Shown: positions 39,682 to 51,833 of the stretch, piece by piece
Numbering within the stretch: the first letter of the stretch is position 1
How the letters are laid out: each line of letters opens with the position of its first letter
NCBI GenBank assembly: GCA_043228905.1
Contig: JBHGNT010000020.1
Coordinates: 10,168,001 to 10,232,000, forward strand
DNA from: Azolla caroliniana
Taxonomy: Eukaryota > Plantae > Polypodiophyta
Reading direction: 5' to 3'
DNA: 64,000 bases
The notes under the pieces: model-generated
Databases searched by the model: none
Seen by the model: the letters and a program-made list of their open reading frames with translations, nothing else
What the model was told of the DNA's origin: nothing
Program-made: the position numbers and the translations under genes

Positions 39682-40731
39682 TTACACTGAGTAGCTAACG
39701 ACTTCTACATGCCGTGCCGCGGCCTCTTCCATCAACCTTTTCATTCCACCGTGCCCCATATTCAGTTCTAGGGCTCTCCGGGTCTCGCTCGCGTGCACCC
39801 GCCCGATCCAGAGGTACACCACGTTGGTCCTGAGTGCGTCGGCGAAATCCGCGCAATCCTTCCAAATGTGACCGATTGCGTCACACCACATGCACCGCTG
39901 CCTAGCCGGCGGCCTCCGGTCGTGAGGTTGTTCGCCGCTGTCTCTCTGGGCCTGTGCAATCTGCAGGTCGCACACCATCTGGGTCAGCTCCTCTAGAGCC
40001 GCTCCTCCGGATGGGCCTTTGACCATGTCGTTCGATGCCGACCTCGACTCCAGCCAAATTCGGGTCTCTTCCTTCCTTCCGGCTGGCACCGATACCGGCT
40101 CCTCGAGTCTCCTCGCCGGGACCGGTCCTGACTCCGACGAGCTTTCGTCTCTCCACTCGCGCCGTTTGCCGAAACGACTGCAGACCCATTTTACCACGGC
40201 CGAGTCTGCCGTGAGCCCTTCGTCCGTCTCCAATAGGGGACCCACCTTTTCCCTGTCGAGCGCGTCCACCGACTTGACAAACAGTAGTACTCGACTCGTT
40301 TCGAGCACGGTCCGGTCCAGCGTCGACAGCCGCGCGAATCGTTTTTCAAACTCTTGGAGGAGCGCCGACATGTTCCTCCCTTTTCCGGGGCTTTCCACCC
40401 ACGTCATGAAGTCCCGCCTCGACAGCCAAAGCGAGTCATCAAACCTGTACTTCTCGAGGAGCTGCAGCTCGAACTCCTCCCAAGTCTGGCATCCGGCCAG
40501 CACCTCGAGCACCTCCGCGTGGATGCTCGACGTCACCACCCGAGGGAATCCGGACAGCCGCCTGTCCATCGGAATATCCCTCATGATCATTTCGGCCCGG
40601 TAAGCCTCCAAATAACTTATGGGATTCTTCCCACCGAATCGGCCTATGCTGCCGACAATCGATTCAATGGCTCTGTCGAGGGTACCCGTCCCCTCGCGAG
40701 CACTCACCAGCCGGTTGACGGCTACCGCCAT
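39682..40731 (-). pseudogene. Retrotransposon gag with CCHC zinc knuckle
   Basis: 349-aa ORF with CMWCDAIGHIWKDC (CX2CX4HX4C). The same frame continues past a single TAA (39684-39682) to about 39381. Confidence 0.8.
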
Positions 40732-40780
40732 TGCCTATGCTAGTTCCGATCCCCTCATCTTCCGACTCATTTGCCGCCTG

Positions 40781-40798
40781 TTCACGTCGGGTTCACCA
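40781..40798 (-). promoter_or_regulatory. Primer-binding site complementary to tRNA-Trp
   Basis: Plus strand TTCACGTCGGGTTCACCA equals the 3' 18 nt of plant cytosolic tRNA-Trp(CCA) as recalled. It lies 4 nt from the LTR end. Confidence 0.75.
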
Positions 40799-41870
40799 AT
40801 TATGTCGCGAAGTTTCGCGTTCGCGTGCAGGAAGAGGCGGGATCAAGGAGAGAGTGAGAGAGAGAGAGAGAGAGTTGCAGACACACAGAAAGAAAATAAG
40901 AGCAAGAAACAGGAATCCGATTACTATAATCAATAGCTTACAACTCGAACAATTACAACCGGCAAACCGGTAATGGACCTGACACGGGGTCCTACTCACG
41001 CACACAGACGACAACCACTCAACTCGAAGAAACAAAAAAAAAAAAAAAGGGAAGGGGGGGGGGGGGGAGAGAGAGAGAGAGAGAGAGAGAGAGCCTCTCC
41101 TGGAAGCACACGGGCTGTCCACGAAGCAGAGGCAGCGAACTCCCGACACCCATAGAGAACGACGATCGGAGGAGAGAGAGCTCAACACTCGGTTCTGCAG
41201 CTGCACTTCGTGCTCGCCAACGCGCGATACCTTTCTTCCTTCTCTCCCTCCTTAAATAGTTCGCAAAGGGGAGACCCTTCTTCCCTAGTCCAATCACTTT
41301 ATTCCCTGTCCCTTCCGACAGAGATACACACAAATCCCCTAATAAATGTGTACTACTTAGTATTTACATCAGCCGACCTAATTACGAATTATGTACAAAA
41401 TATCAATTCGCGCGTCCACCCGTGTAAGAGCTGGTTCATGCGTCTTTTTCTCTGATTCCGCCCATGGCCGGTTTTCTTCACGACAACGTGGGCCCTCGTG
41501 GTTGACCACCAAAGTCTCAAGAACCGGTGTGAGCAAGGACTCAACACCACTGCTCATCATGTCTGTAGCCACCTCCATCCGGATGTCGTTGTCCGTGGCT
41601 ACCCCATCCCCGATCGCGCAAGCCTCGATTACACTTGCTTCCTCCCCGCTCGATGTTTCTTTCCAAAGCCACCAACACACGACCTCTTCATGGTGAAGAA
41701 GAAGACCCAAGAATCCTCAAAGTAGGAATGGGGGGGGGGGGGGGGGTATGGAGGAGAAGAGGTAGTCCAACATCCAATCTTGCTCTCACCACTCGCCAAC
41801 CCCATCAAAAAAAAAAAAAAACTATACCTCAAATGCCCAAAATTCTCCTAATAAAGAAAACTTAGTTGAA

Positions 41871-42475
41871 CACTTGAATGAGCCCTCCTCCCCTCTTTTT
41901 TGTAGGGGAGAGGCTTTTGCATTATATGGTTACGTACCCCCAAATGCTTGCTTATGTGTGCGGACAAACTCAACCCCTTTATACATGATCAATGACCTTA
42001 ACCATTAGAGTAATTTTTCAAGACATTTGTATATAATGTGTCCAACGTCCCTCCTTTTTATCTATTTCTACCTTAGTTACCGCCACATCATAACAACATC
42101 ACAAGAAAAGTAACAAAAGGGGATCGACGACGACGACCAATGACTTTACCATTGTCTGTCGATGGCTATTGGACCCTTGAATGAGCCCTCCCCTCTTTTT
42201 TACAAGGAGGGAGGCACCTCATTTTGCATTAAATCGAAAATGCTTACCAAGCGCTGACAAAGATTCAAACTCTACATCCCTTCATACATGATCAATGACC
42301 CTAATGATTAGATTAAAATTTTAAGACATTATATTTAAGGTGGCCCACTTCCCTCCATTTTATCTATTTCTACCTTAGGACCCGTCACATCACAACAACA
42401 TCACAAGGGAGGTGACAAAAGAGGTCTGACGCTAATGATAGTAAGGTCTGACTAGTGACCTTACCATTGTTTGTC
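41871..42475. repeat. Old ~300-bp tandem duplication
   Basis: CTTGAATGAGCCCTC...ATACATGATCAATGACC...TATCTATTTCTACCTTAG...TTACCATTGT occurs twice, diverged. Confidence 0.8.
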
Positions 42476-42698
42476 TATGGCACTTGGCAACTAATGATGG
42501 TGTCAACATCAATGGATGGCAACAAGGTCATCCACAAGGTTGGAAATAGGGGTTCAAAAACCCTTGACTCCAATGTTGGAATCAAAGGTTCGAGAATCCT
42601 TGGCCCCAAGGTTGAAATCGAGGGTCCGACAACCCTTGACTTCGACGTTGGAATGGGGTTCAACAACCCTCGTTAAGGTGCCATTTGGTAGACAAAAC

Positions 42699-43291
42699 TA
42701 ACAATTGGCAACGGTTCGGTTCGGTTTGAGAGGGTCCAAATCGTTTAAATTTTTTGAAACCTGAACCGAACCGCAAAACCGTTAAACCATTAAACCGTAA
42801 AAACCGCAGTTTCGTGGTTCAGTTTCGGTTTTCAACATAGGTCAAATATGTAATTTTTAATTTTTAAAAATTTATAATATTTCATTATTTAGAATTTTAA
42901 ATTTTTTTTTTTTCAACATAGGTCTTCTTCTTTTTTAAACAATCTTTTCATTTTTACACCTTATTCTCACATTTTAGGAACATCTTAAAAAATTTTAAAA
43001 TTCTAAATAATGAAATATTATAAATTTGTAAAAATTAAAAATTAAAAATTACATATTTGACCTATGTTGAAAACCGAAACTGAACCACGAAACTGCAGTT
43101 TTTACGGTTTAATGTAAAAAAATTTAAAATTAAAAACCATTAAACCGTTTTAACCACGGTTTTTTATTGTTGAAACCAAATCGAACCATTTTTTTTAACC
43201 TGAACCTGAACCGAACCGTTGAAACCATTAAGCCTTTAAACCGCGATTTCGCGGTTCGATTCGGTTCAAACCGAACCGTTGCCAATTGTTA
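42699..43291. mobile_element. hAT-like MITE with internal fold-back
   Basis: TIRs TAACAATTGGCAACGGTTCGGTT / AACCGAACCGTTGCCAATTGTTA, degenerate 8-bp TSD GACAAAAC / GATGAAAC, internal ~120-bp inverted arms 42788-42907 and 42987-43114. Confidence 0.85.
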
Positions 43292-44069
43292 GATGAAACG
43301 TTGGCCTTGGTGAACGGAGTAGGTTCGACTCCTAACAATTGAAATTTACACATTCCCTCATAACTTTTCGCTTGTAGGATGGAATCAAGATCCCAAAAAT
43401 TTGTTGGCAAAATATTCATGTAGAGTAGTGAGTTTTTGACACGATAACTCAAGGACTCGTCTTTTTTTTTTCTATAGAAATTATCCTCCATTAGTATTAA
43501 GATTAAAGTAGCCAAAGGCAAGATACAAAATAATCCAACATTACAATGAATAATGTGTAGCCAATCTTTCTAGATAAAGATAAAGGCAAGATACAAGATA
43601 ATATCGGTGAACTTCTCCCAAAGTAATATTGTTGCCCTACCATCGTCCATATCACCAAGTAATGTTGATGCCTCAAGGACTCGTCTTTGCGTTGATTTGC
43701 TCCCAAATTGTGTAACTTCATGCCCTAAGCTTGGAATTTTAATGTGAAAAGTCCACACGATCTCTGCACAATAATGAATAACAGTAGAAAATAGAAATTT
43801 GTCACAATTAATTTTATACAAAAAATCAAAAAGTTTGATTACATCAAAGGATTTATTTGAATCATATGTAACGAGATTATCTTAACTCCATTACATGGAA
43901 TGGCTTAAAAGATAGGTTGATAAAGAAGATAAATTATCTTTTCATTTAGGTTCTCGTATACCTTCTTTATGTATTCTTCCAAATTGGATGTTGATTCTCG
44001 CTCCCTTAAGGGGTGCTTTATCATTACATGAGTCAGCACTGAGTTGCCTTGACTTGTTCGTGATTGACC

Positions 44070-44592
44070 CAATGAGGCGTGAATTTTTGGCTTGTCATAT
44101 TGTTGACAGGTCCATTCGACACCATCCCAATTCTTGATTAGCCCCTACCATTATCATATTCAAGTAGTATACTGAGCATCATCATTTCACCTCGATCGAC
44201 GGACTTGAGGAACGTTAATACTTTCTTCATCCTCACCAATCTTTGGTCTCAATTCGAAAGTCAAGCAAGTTGGTGCTCAAACTGAAGGAATGCCACTATT
44301 GTACTCTTGTAGGGTTTCTTCAATGTGAGCCATTTATCAAACTCATAGTGACTTGTGCTAGTCATATCTTCGTTCTCGAACTCTTTTACCATGATGTATG
44401 GGCCCATTGAAGTTTTATGATTTGTTTATGTAGAGCCAAGAATACCACTCGATTGAAGTACTTCAATTTTGTTGGCTTGCTCATACCCTCTTGAAGCATC
44501 AAACTTTGTATTTATTTAAAAAATGTGAGAATATGATGTCGAAGTCTTTGAACCAGATAGAGAGGATGGATTGACTATGCAGTTTATTTCCT
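44070..44592 (-). pseudogene. Decayed gypsy-type gag fragment (host of the copia insertion)
   Basis: Minus translation ..LKYFNRVV..AFLQFEHQLA*LSN*DQRLVRMKKVLTFLKSVDRGE...LLE..NWDGVEWTCQQYDK parallels the gag at 39682-40731 (FPRVV..QEFEKRFARLS..RVLLFVKSVD..LLE..VCSRF). Confidence 0.6.
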
Positions 44593-45048
44593 TTTAAAGA
44601 ATCAATGGTGATTCTTGTGTAGTGGAAGAGATGTGTGTTATGTGTATGTGTGAGAGGAAAGAGGAGAGGAGAGAAACACAAGATGGATAAGAGACAAAAT
44701 GAAGTACTCAAGAAGAAGGAGATGTATATTAACAAGGAGATTCATATAATAAATGAAAATGTAGCATTAGAAGGAGTCACAACTGACTTAGTATGGAGTA
44801 TGAGGGTGCTTTATATAGAGTCACCCTCTCTCTTCATTAACTTACAACAACCACTCTCTCTCTTGGGGAATGCGAAGACTCATAGTCATGGGGAATATGT
44901 AACTCATTAGTTATGTGTCATAGAATATGATTCTATGACACATAGTTAATGTATAGAGAGTAGTGGTGTGACTCTTGACCTTTGAGTAATCACGGATTCT
45001 CAAAAAGTGTGTTCACACGTTGCACTATGTTGAGCTTGATTCTCAACA
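44593..45048 (-). repeat. 3' LTR of outer copia
   Basis: Matches 51375-51833; the terminal TG is mutated or lost. Confidence 0.9.
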
Positions 45049-46372
45049 CGCCCCCTCAAGCTCAACTCGGGCTCGTATCCGGTTCGGACGATCTCCAGTG
45101 TCCGCTTCGACTCGTACCCGGTTCGGACGGTATCCGGTTCTTGCTTGTACCCCCCCTCAAGCTTGGCAAGTCAGGAATCGTCAATCCAAGGTCTGACATG
45201 AATTGCCGAAGCTTGTCGGCTCCTAAGGCTTTGGTGAAGATGTCGGCCGTCTGAAGATTCATGTTGATGTGTTGAAGGTCGACATCTCCGGCCTGTACGC
45301 GCTCCCGAATGAAGTGATAGTGCACTTCGATATGCTTCGTGCGTGCGTGGAACACCGGGTTTCGAGCCAGATAAATACTGCTCATGTTGTCGCAGTAAAG
45401 GGGAGTCGTATCCTTGATGGGAACGCCCAGATCCTTCAAAATCCTCTTGAGCCATACGGCTTCACATGCAGCTACGGTTGTGCCCTTGTATTCCACCTCC
45501 GTACTCAAAAGAGTGACGATAGGCTGCTTCTTACTACTCCAAGAAATCGCTCCACTACCGAGGGAGAAGACAAATCCGGAGGTCGATCGTCAATCGGCTT
45601 TGTAGCCATCCCAGTCCGCGTATGTGTACCCTTTGAGTCGTATTGGTGTGGTTGATGCGTATAGAACGTCGTAATCCATTGTTCCGCTCACATATCGTAA
45701 TACTCGCTTAGTGCAATCCAAGTGAATGCCGTGTGGTTTTTGCATGAATTGGCTGAGGAGTCCGACTGGATAGCTAAGGTCGGGTCGAGTGATCGTGAGA
45801 TAGATGAGGCTCCCAATCAGTTGATGATATTGGGTCGGCTCGCACTCGTTTGTGCCAGAGTCAGCATCTAGTTTGAGGTTTCGATCGAGAGGCGTGGCGA
45901 CCGATTTGCACTCAGTCATCCGGAACTTGTATAACAAGTTGAGAATGTAGTGCCGTTGAGAGATCGTAATGCTGGCCGGAATCCGAATTACTTCGATGCC
46001 AAGGAAGTAATGGAGCTCCTTCATGTCCATCATCTCAAATTTTCCGGAGAGGAGGGACTTGGCCTTGTTGATGTCGACTAGACTTTCACCTCCAATGACT
46101 AGATCATCCACATATAGGATGATGACAATTAGGCTTCTAGAGTCGTGTCATACGTAGAGGGAGTTGTCGGATTTCGACATTCAAAAGCTAATTTGATGAA
46201 GATATTGCGTAATATTCGAATGCCAAGGACACAGTGCTTGCTTGAGGCTGTAGAGAGGCTTCTTGAGTTGGCATACGGCTTTTGGATAAATGCGCAATTC
46301 GAAGACGGGTGGTTGTACCATGTACTCCTCCTCGTCTAATTCGCCTTGAAGAAAAGCGTTCTTGACGTCCAT

Positions 46373-49300
46373 TGTAAGGACCACGGTATACATCCAGAAC
46401 CGGATTGGAGACAAAGTGTCAGCGCATGAGCTATATTTCGGAACGAAGCCGAACTTGCGACACTTGAGGGTGTTCGGTAGCATTGCGTATGTGCATGTAC
46501 CGAAGGAGAAAAGGAGGAAGCTAGACGCAAAGGCCGAGAAATGCATCTTGGTCGGTTACTCGGATGAGTAGAAGGGTTATAAGTGCTATAACCCTCGCAC
46601 CAAACAAGCGTGTGTCAGCCGCGACGTTGTGTTTGACGAGTCCGCGTCCTGGTACCTGCCCCCGACTCGGAACCCCGACTCCAATACGAGTTCTGACGAT
46701 GACGTCAGCGAGGCTGAGATGCCTCCGGATGAGCCAGAAATCGAGATCCGCGAAGAGAGTCCGATTTCACTCCGGTTAAGTGGACCGATTGGACGACAGA
46801 GTCGGTACGACCAGTCCGATGAAGAGCCGGCGAGTAGTGGAGACTCGACCGTGCATTCCCCGCGCAGGAAGCCGAGGAGACGGCTTACGCGCAAGGAGAA
46901 AGGGAAGAAGAAGGTGTCGGATTCCGGCACGGAAAGGAACGAGTCAGACCAACGCGAGTCCGACTCCGAGGGAACCGGTGACAGGTCTTTAAAGATGAAG
47001 ATCGCGTCGGCCGAGAAGGCCTCGACATCGGCTAATGTGAGATTACGCCGATCTACCCGCCAAAAGAACCCAGTTGTGCGGTTCGGATACAACGAGTACA
47101 TGGCGCATCATTATGCGTACATGACCCGTGTAGCGGAAGTGCGTGAGCCGGAGAGCTACGCAGAAGCGGCTAAAGACGCGAATTGGCACGCCGCGATGGA
47201 GGAAGAGATGCACGCACTGGCAGAGAACGAGACCTAGGACCTGGTTGACGCACCGAAGGGTGTAAAGCCGATCGGGTGTAGGTGGGTGTACAAGGTCAAG
47301 TGCAACACCGATGGCTCGGTCAACCGGTACAAGGCTCGGCTAGTGGCAAAGGGCTACGCGCAGAAACACGGCATCGACTACGATGAGACGTTTGCGCCGG
47401 TTGCGAAAATGACGACCGTCCGTGTTTTGCTCGCAGTAGCTGCAGCCAAGGGGTGGCACTTACATTAGATGGATGTAAAGAATGCGTTCCTGCAAGGTGA
47501 CCTTGAGGAACAGGTGTACATGGTACAGCCCCCCGGATTTCACTCCGGAACGAACTCCTCAGCAGTATGCCGACTGAAAAAGTCCCTTTACGGACTGAAG
47601 CAAGCCCCACGAGCCTGGAACGTGAAGATCACACAACAACTGCGTCGGATGGGCTTCGTCTCGTCAAAATCGGACTCTTCCCTGTTCATCCGGAAAGGTC
47701 GACTCGGACCGGTTAGTATTTTACTGTATGTTGATGACTTGGTCATCACCGGCGCCGACCTAGGTGAAATCGACCGCGTGAAGCTCCAGCTTGTGGTATC
47801 GTTCGACATGAAGGATCTAGGGGACCTTCATTACTTCCTCGGGATCAAAGTGATCCGTACCCCCGAAGGCATATTGATCAGCCAACGCCATTACGTGCTG
47901 AGTATGCTCTTCAAGCTCGGGATGGCCGACTGTAAGTCCGTCTCGACTCCTCTAGACAAAACCGTCAAGCTTCGTCCCGATACGGGAAAGGTATGCGACC
48001 CGACGAGGTTTCGACAAATTATCGGAAGCCTCATATACTTGACTATCACCCGACCCGACCTAAGTCACCCGGTCGGGGTGATCAGTCAGTTCATGGCACG
48101 ACCTACCGAGGAGCACCTTCAGTGTGCGCAACGCGTACTTCGGTACGTAAGCGGCACTAAGGACCGCGGGCTGCTATATCGGACCGGTGCAGCCGTGCAG
48201 TTAGTCAACTACACCGATGCTGATTGGGCTGGCAACGCCGCCGATCGCCGATCCACGTCTGGATACGCGTTCTCCCTCGGGAGTGTCGCGATCGCGTGGA
48301 GCAGTAAGAAGCAGCCGACAGTTGCACTGTCGAGCACCGAAGCTGAGTACCGAGGAGCGGCTGTCGCGACCGCAAAGCCATATGGTTGAAACGGCTACTT
48401 AAGGACCTGCAAGAGAAGGTGTCCGATCCAACGACGATCTACTGTGACAACCTCAGCAACATCCAACTCGCGAAGAACCCCATTTTCCACGCCCGGACCA
48501 AGCACATTGAGGTGCACTATCATTTCGTCCGTGAGCGTGTCCTTTCCAGTGAAGTCGAACTTCAGTACGTTCCGACAGATCGGCAGACTGCCGACATCTT
48601 CACCAAGCCTCTTGGTCTGGACAAGTTGCGGCAATTCTCAGGTGCGCTCGAGTTGCGTCACCTTGACGTGCCGAACTTGAGGGGGAGAACAGACACCGAG
48701 TCGGTTGACAAGTTCGACATCGGATCGGCTGAAGAAGCCGAGGGCGGACCCGCGGAAAAGTTCGGAAGCAGACAAAAGGGGAGCAACCGAAGGAGAGAGC
48801 CGAAGCCAACCACGCATGGGGAAGATGACACCATCAAGGGCGAGAAGACCGAAGACGAGTTGGAGACAGCCAACTCGGACGAGAGCGAAAACCAATCGGA
48901 GGTAGCCGAGTCGGTTCGGATGTTTGATTCGGACACGCTGAATCAACCGAGGCCCAAGCGGAAGAAAAGGCAGCAGGAGAAGCGTCAACACCGCAACAAC
49001 AGAAGAGCTTATAAGGGCCGCATGAGCAGACAAGCCGACCGGAAGGGTCGAAGCGCGCGGAGTCGAACAGGTCAAGGAGCGCGAGCGAGGCGAGAAGCCA
49101 GGAGGAACCGGTGTTGTGAAGATCTCGAAGAGCCTCAAGTTGAGCTTGAGGGGGAGTGTTGAGAGACAAGCTCAACATCGGCCGGATCGGCTGAAGAAGT
49201 CGAGGACCCGATCGGTTAGGCCGAGTACATAAACTGGGAGGCCGTTAGGAAAGATATTCCGTGAGGAATATATTTGGGAGTTAGTGTAGGAGCTCTTGAT

Positions 49301-49528
49301 GAGCATTGAAGTACTGTTAGTACTTCGGTCAGTCCTTCTAGGACTTGTATAAAAGTGCTCACTGAGCACGTCTTATGTACAGATTGAGTATTATTGTTGA
49401 ATATAGTTTTTTGTGTTTCTCTCTCTGTCTCTCCTGTGTATACCGTGTAAGCTCAAGCTCTCCATTAAACCTGAGTTTCCTCTCTTCTGTTCGTTCTTCA
49501 TACTTGCTTCCGCACGTTTCTTTTTACA
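46373..49528 (+). mobile_element. 5'-truncated Ty1/copia element nested in opposite orientation (integrase C-terminus, RT, RNase H, 3' LTR)
   Basis: [68 protein letters not shown]. Several TAG stops and a frameshift. PPT CTTGAGGGGGAG then LTR TGTTGAG...TTTACA (49157-49528). Confidence 0.92.
49157..49528 (+). repeat. 3' LTR of inner copia (372 bp)
   Basis: TG...CA ends, preceded by a PPT, internal TATAAAA. The outer integrase resumes at 49529. Confidence 0.88.
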
Positions 49529-51374
49529 GTAGATCCAAGTGTGCCTTGAGAAGTCATCGATGAAGGTTACATAATATCGGCATCCATCAAATGTTGTTGT
49601 TTGGGCCGGTCCCCAACATCAGAGTGAATTACGTCGAGTATGCCTTTGCTCACATTCCTCTCCTTCGGAAATGGTTGCCGAATTGGCACGCCGCACATAC
49701 GCCTTCAATCTCTCGCTCTTTGAAGGTCGGGAGTCCGATGACGACTCCTTTCAATTGCGTTGCCTTGAGCTTTTGAAGATTGATATGGCCAATCCGCTTG
49801 TGCCATAGCTCTATGTCGGTGCCGGGTTTGAGGCCCTTTGTGTACATGGCCGATTTCACCTCGTTTGACTCGAGGATAAACATTCGACCTTCCTTTCAAC
49901 CCCGAGCAATGAGTCGGCCTTCCTTCTCGATGAAGCAACCACCTTGGTTGAATCGAACTTGCATCCCTTGCTCCACAATTTGGCTGACCGAGACCAAATT
50001 CTTCGTTATGGTGGGTACATGTAATACATTTTTGATGCAAGTTTGTTTGCCATCTTTCCCGAATGGGACATTCCCGACATGCCAAATCGGATGAGTGGTA
50101 TCGTCTCCGGTCTCGACATAACCGGGTTGATCCAGCTTCCGCAAGTCTTGGAACAACTCTTGATGGGACGTCATATGGTTCAAAGCACCAAAGTCGACGA
50201 ACCGTACGTCTTCCGGACCGGAGGCATTAGTTGATGTAGAAGCCGACATAGAGTTTGCTTTATGTCTCATCACGAATAGTGCTCCGTAATCATCGTACTC
50301 GGAGTTGGTGGTGTAGTTCGTGAGTTGTCGGCTTGTGGACGCCGACTCACGCATCTTCTTTCGGCACTCTTCTTCACGGTGGCTAACTTTGCCGCAATAT
50401 CCGCATTCGATTGAGGTTTGTCGGCTCAGACCGGAATGGTGGCTCCCCCCTCTTCCGAAGGTTCCTCAATGGCTTCCGTCTTGATGCCGAAATTGCGAGT
50501 TGTTTTCGTAAGTCAGGCCTCATCCGTCTCGTCCTTGGCCGAACCGGCCTCTTCTTGCACAACCACGTCCTCTTCCTTCGTCTGAATGCGTGTAGAGGAT
50601 GTGGCCTTCCGAGGCATTGCTCCTCGTTCGAACATGGTTTTCTTCGACCAACAACATGGATTGAAGATCGAAGAAGGAGGGTGGATTCTCCCGTGCTAGT
50701 ACAAAAGTCCGCATCGCGCCGAATCGTGGTGTAAGTCCGCCAAGACATATTTGCACCATCTCATCATCCTCCAGGTTTACGCTTATCGAGCCGAGCGAAT
50801 CACAAATCTCCTTGATCTTCAAGGTGTAGCTCGTGACAGACATATCCTTTTGTTGGATATTATTCAACTCTTGGCGGAGTTGAAGCTTCCTCGCAATTGT
50901 GTTGGCGGCAAAAATCTTTCATAGATTCTCCCAAGCTTTCTTTGGCATCCCGGCTTCGCAAATGTAGCCAAGCATGTGGTCATGTACATGTCATATCGCC
51001 AAGCAATACATTACTCGACTGCCGCTTGCTCCCATGTTGCATAGTCAGTGTCTTTCGGGTCGGGCCGATTTTCTTGTGCTCCTTTGATGTAGCTCCAATA
51101 CCCTTGGCTGACAAGGTATTGGTGCATCTTGTACTCCCAAGATGCAAAGTTGTTACGATCCAACTTCTCGCTAGGGAGAGCGCTCTCCATTTGAGTATTT
51201 ATTGTCGATGTAGATTTCTTCCTTCTTTTCTTTTCCTTCTCTCTCGAACACGAGCTATGTAATCGCACTACGATAGTGATGAGCCAGTTCTTCTTGAACG
51301 TTGGCGTAGAGCACAACACACGATCATGATGAGGCGAGTGGGCTAGATCGAGCTACCAAATCACTCTAATACCA

Positions 51375-51833
51375 TGTAAAGAATCAATGGTGATTCTTGT
51401 GTAACGGAAGAGATGTGTGTTATGTGTATGTGTGAGAGGAAAGAGGAGAGGAGAGAAACACAAGATGGATAAGAGACAAAATGAAGTACTCAAGAAGAAG
51501 GAGATGTATATTAACAAGGAGATTCATATAATAAATGAAAATGTAGCATTACAAGGAGTCACAACCAACTTAGTATGGAGTATGAGGAGGGTGTTTTATA
51601 TAGAGTCACCCTCTCTCTTCATTAACTTACAACAACAACTCTCTCTCTTGGGGAATGTGAAGACTCATAGTCATGGGGAATGTGAAGACTCGTAGTTATG
51701 TGTCATAAAATATGACTCTATGACACATAGTTAATGTGTAGAGAGTAATGGTGTGACTCCTAACCTTTGAGTAATCACGGATTCTCAAAAGGTGTGTTCC
51801 CACGTTGCACTATGTTGAGCTTGATTCTCAACA
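51375..51833 (-). repeat. 5' LTR of outer copia
   Basis: TG...CA ends, adjacent to the PBS. Confidence 0.92.

Larger units (their letters stand above)
39381..41418 (-). mobile_element. 3'-truncated Ty3/gypsy-type LTR retrotransposon (5' LTR, PBS, gag)
   Basis: GC-rich block. Putative 5' LTR ~41418-40803 ending CGCGACA, PBS at 40798-40781, gag ORF from 40731. No pol or 3' LTR seen. Confidence 0.75.
44593..51833 (-). mobile_element. Ty1/copia LTR retrotransposon (outer element, decayed, internally interrupted)
   Basis: Two ~456-bp LTRs, about 95% identical by eye. PBS TGGTATTAGAGTG (iMet-like) at 51374-51362, PPT at 45061-45049. gag/protease/GAG-pre-integrase/integrase start at 51319-49529; RT (MDVKNAFLQGEL, YVDDL) and RNase H (DW.G, KHIEVHYHFIRE) at 46372-45062. 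Possible TSD CCTTT/CCTCT. Confidence 0.92.

Noticed and set aside
40781-40798. tRNA-Trp gene
   Set aside because: Only the 3' 18 nt including CCA are present next to an LTR end; this is a PBS, not a tRNA gene.
48638-49178. Antisense ORFs in GC-rich retroelement regions (also 40019-40603 and 46586-47101)
   Set aside because: Expected shadow ORFs of GC-rich coding strands.
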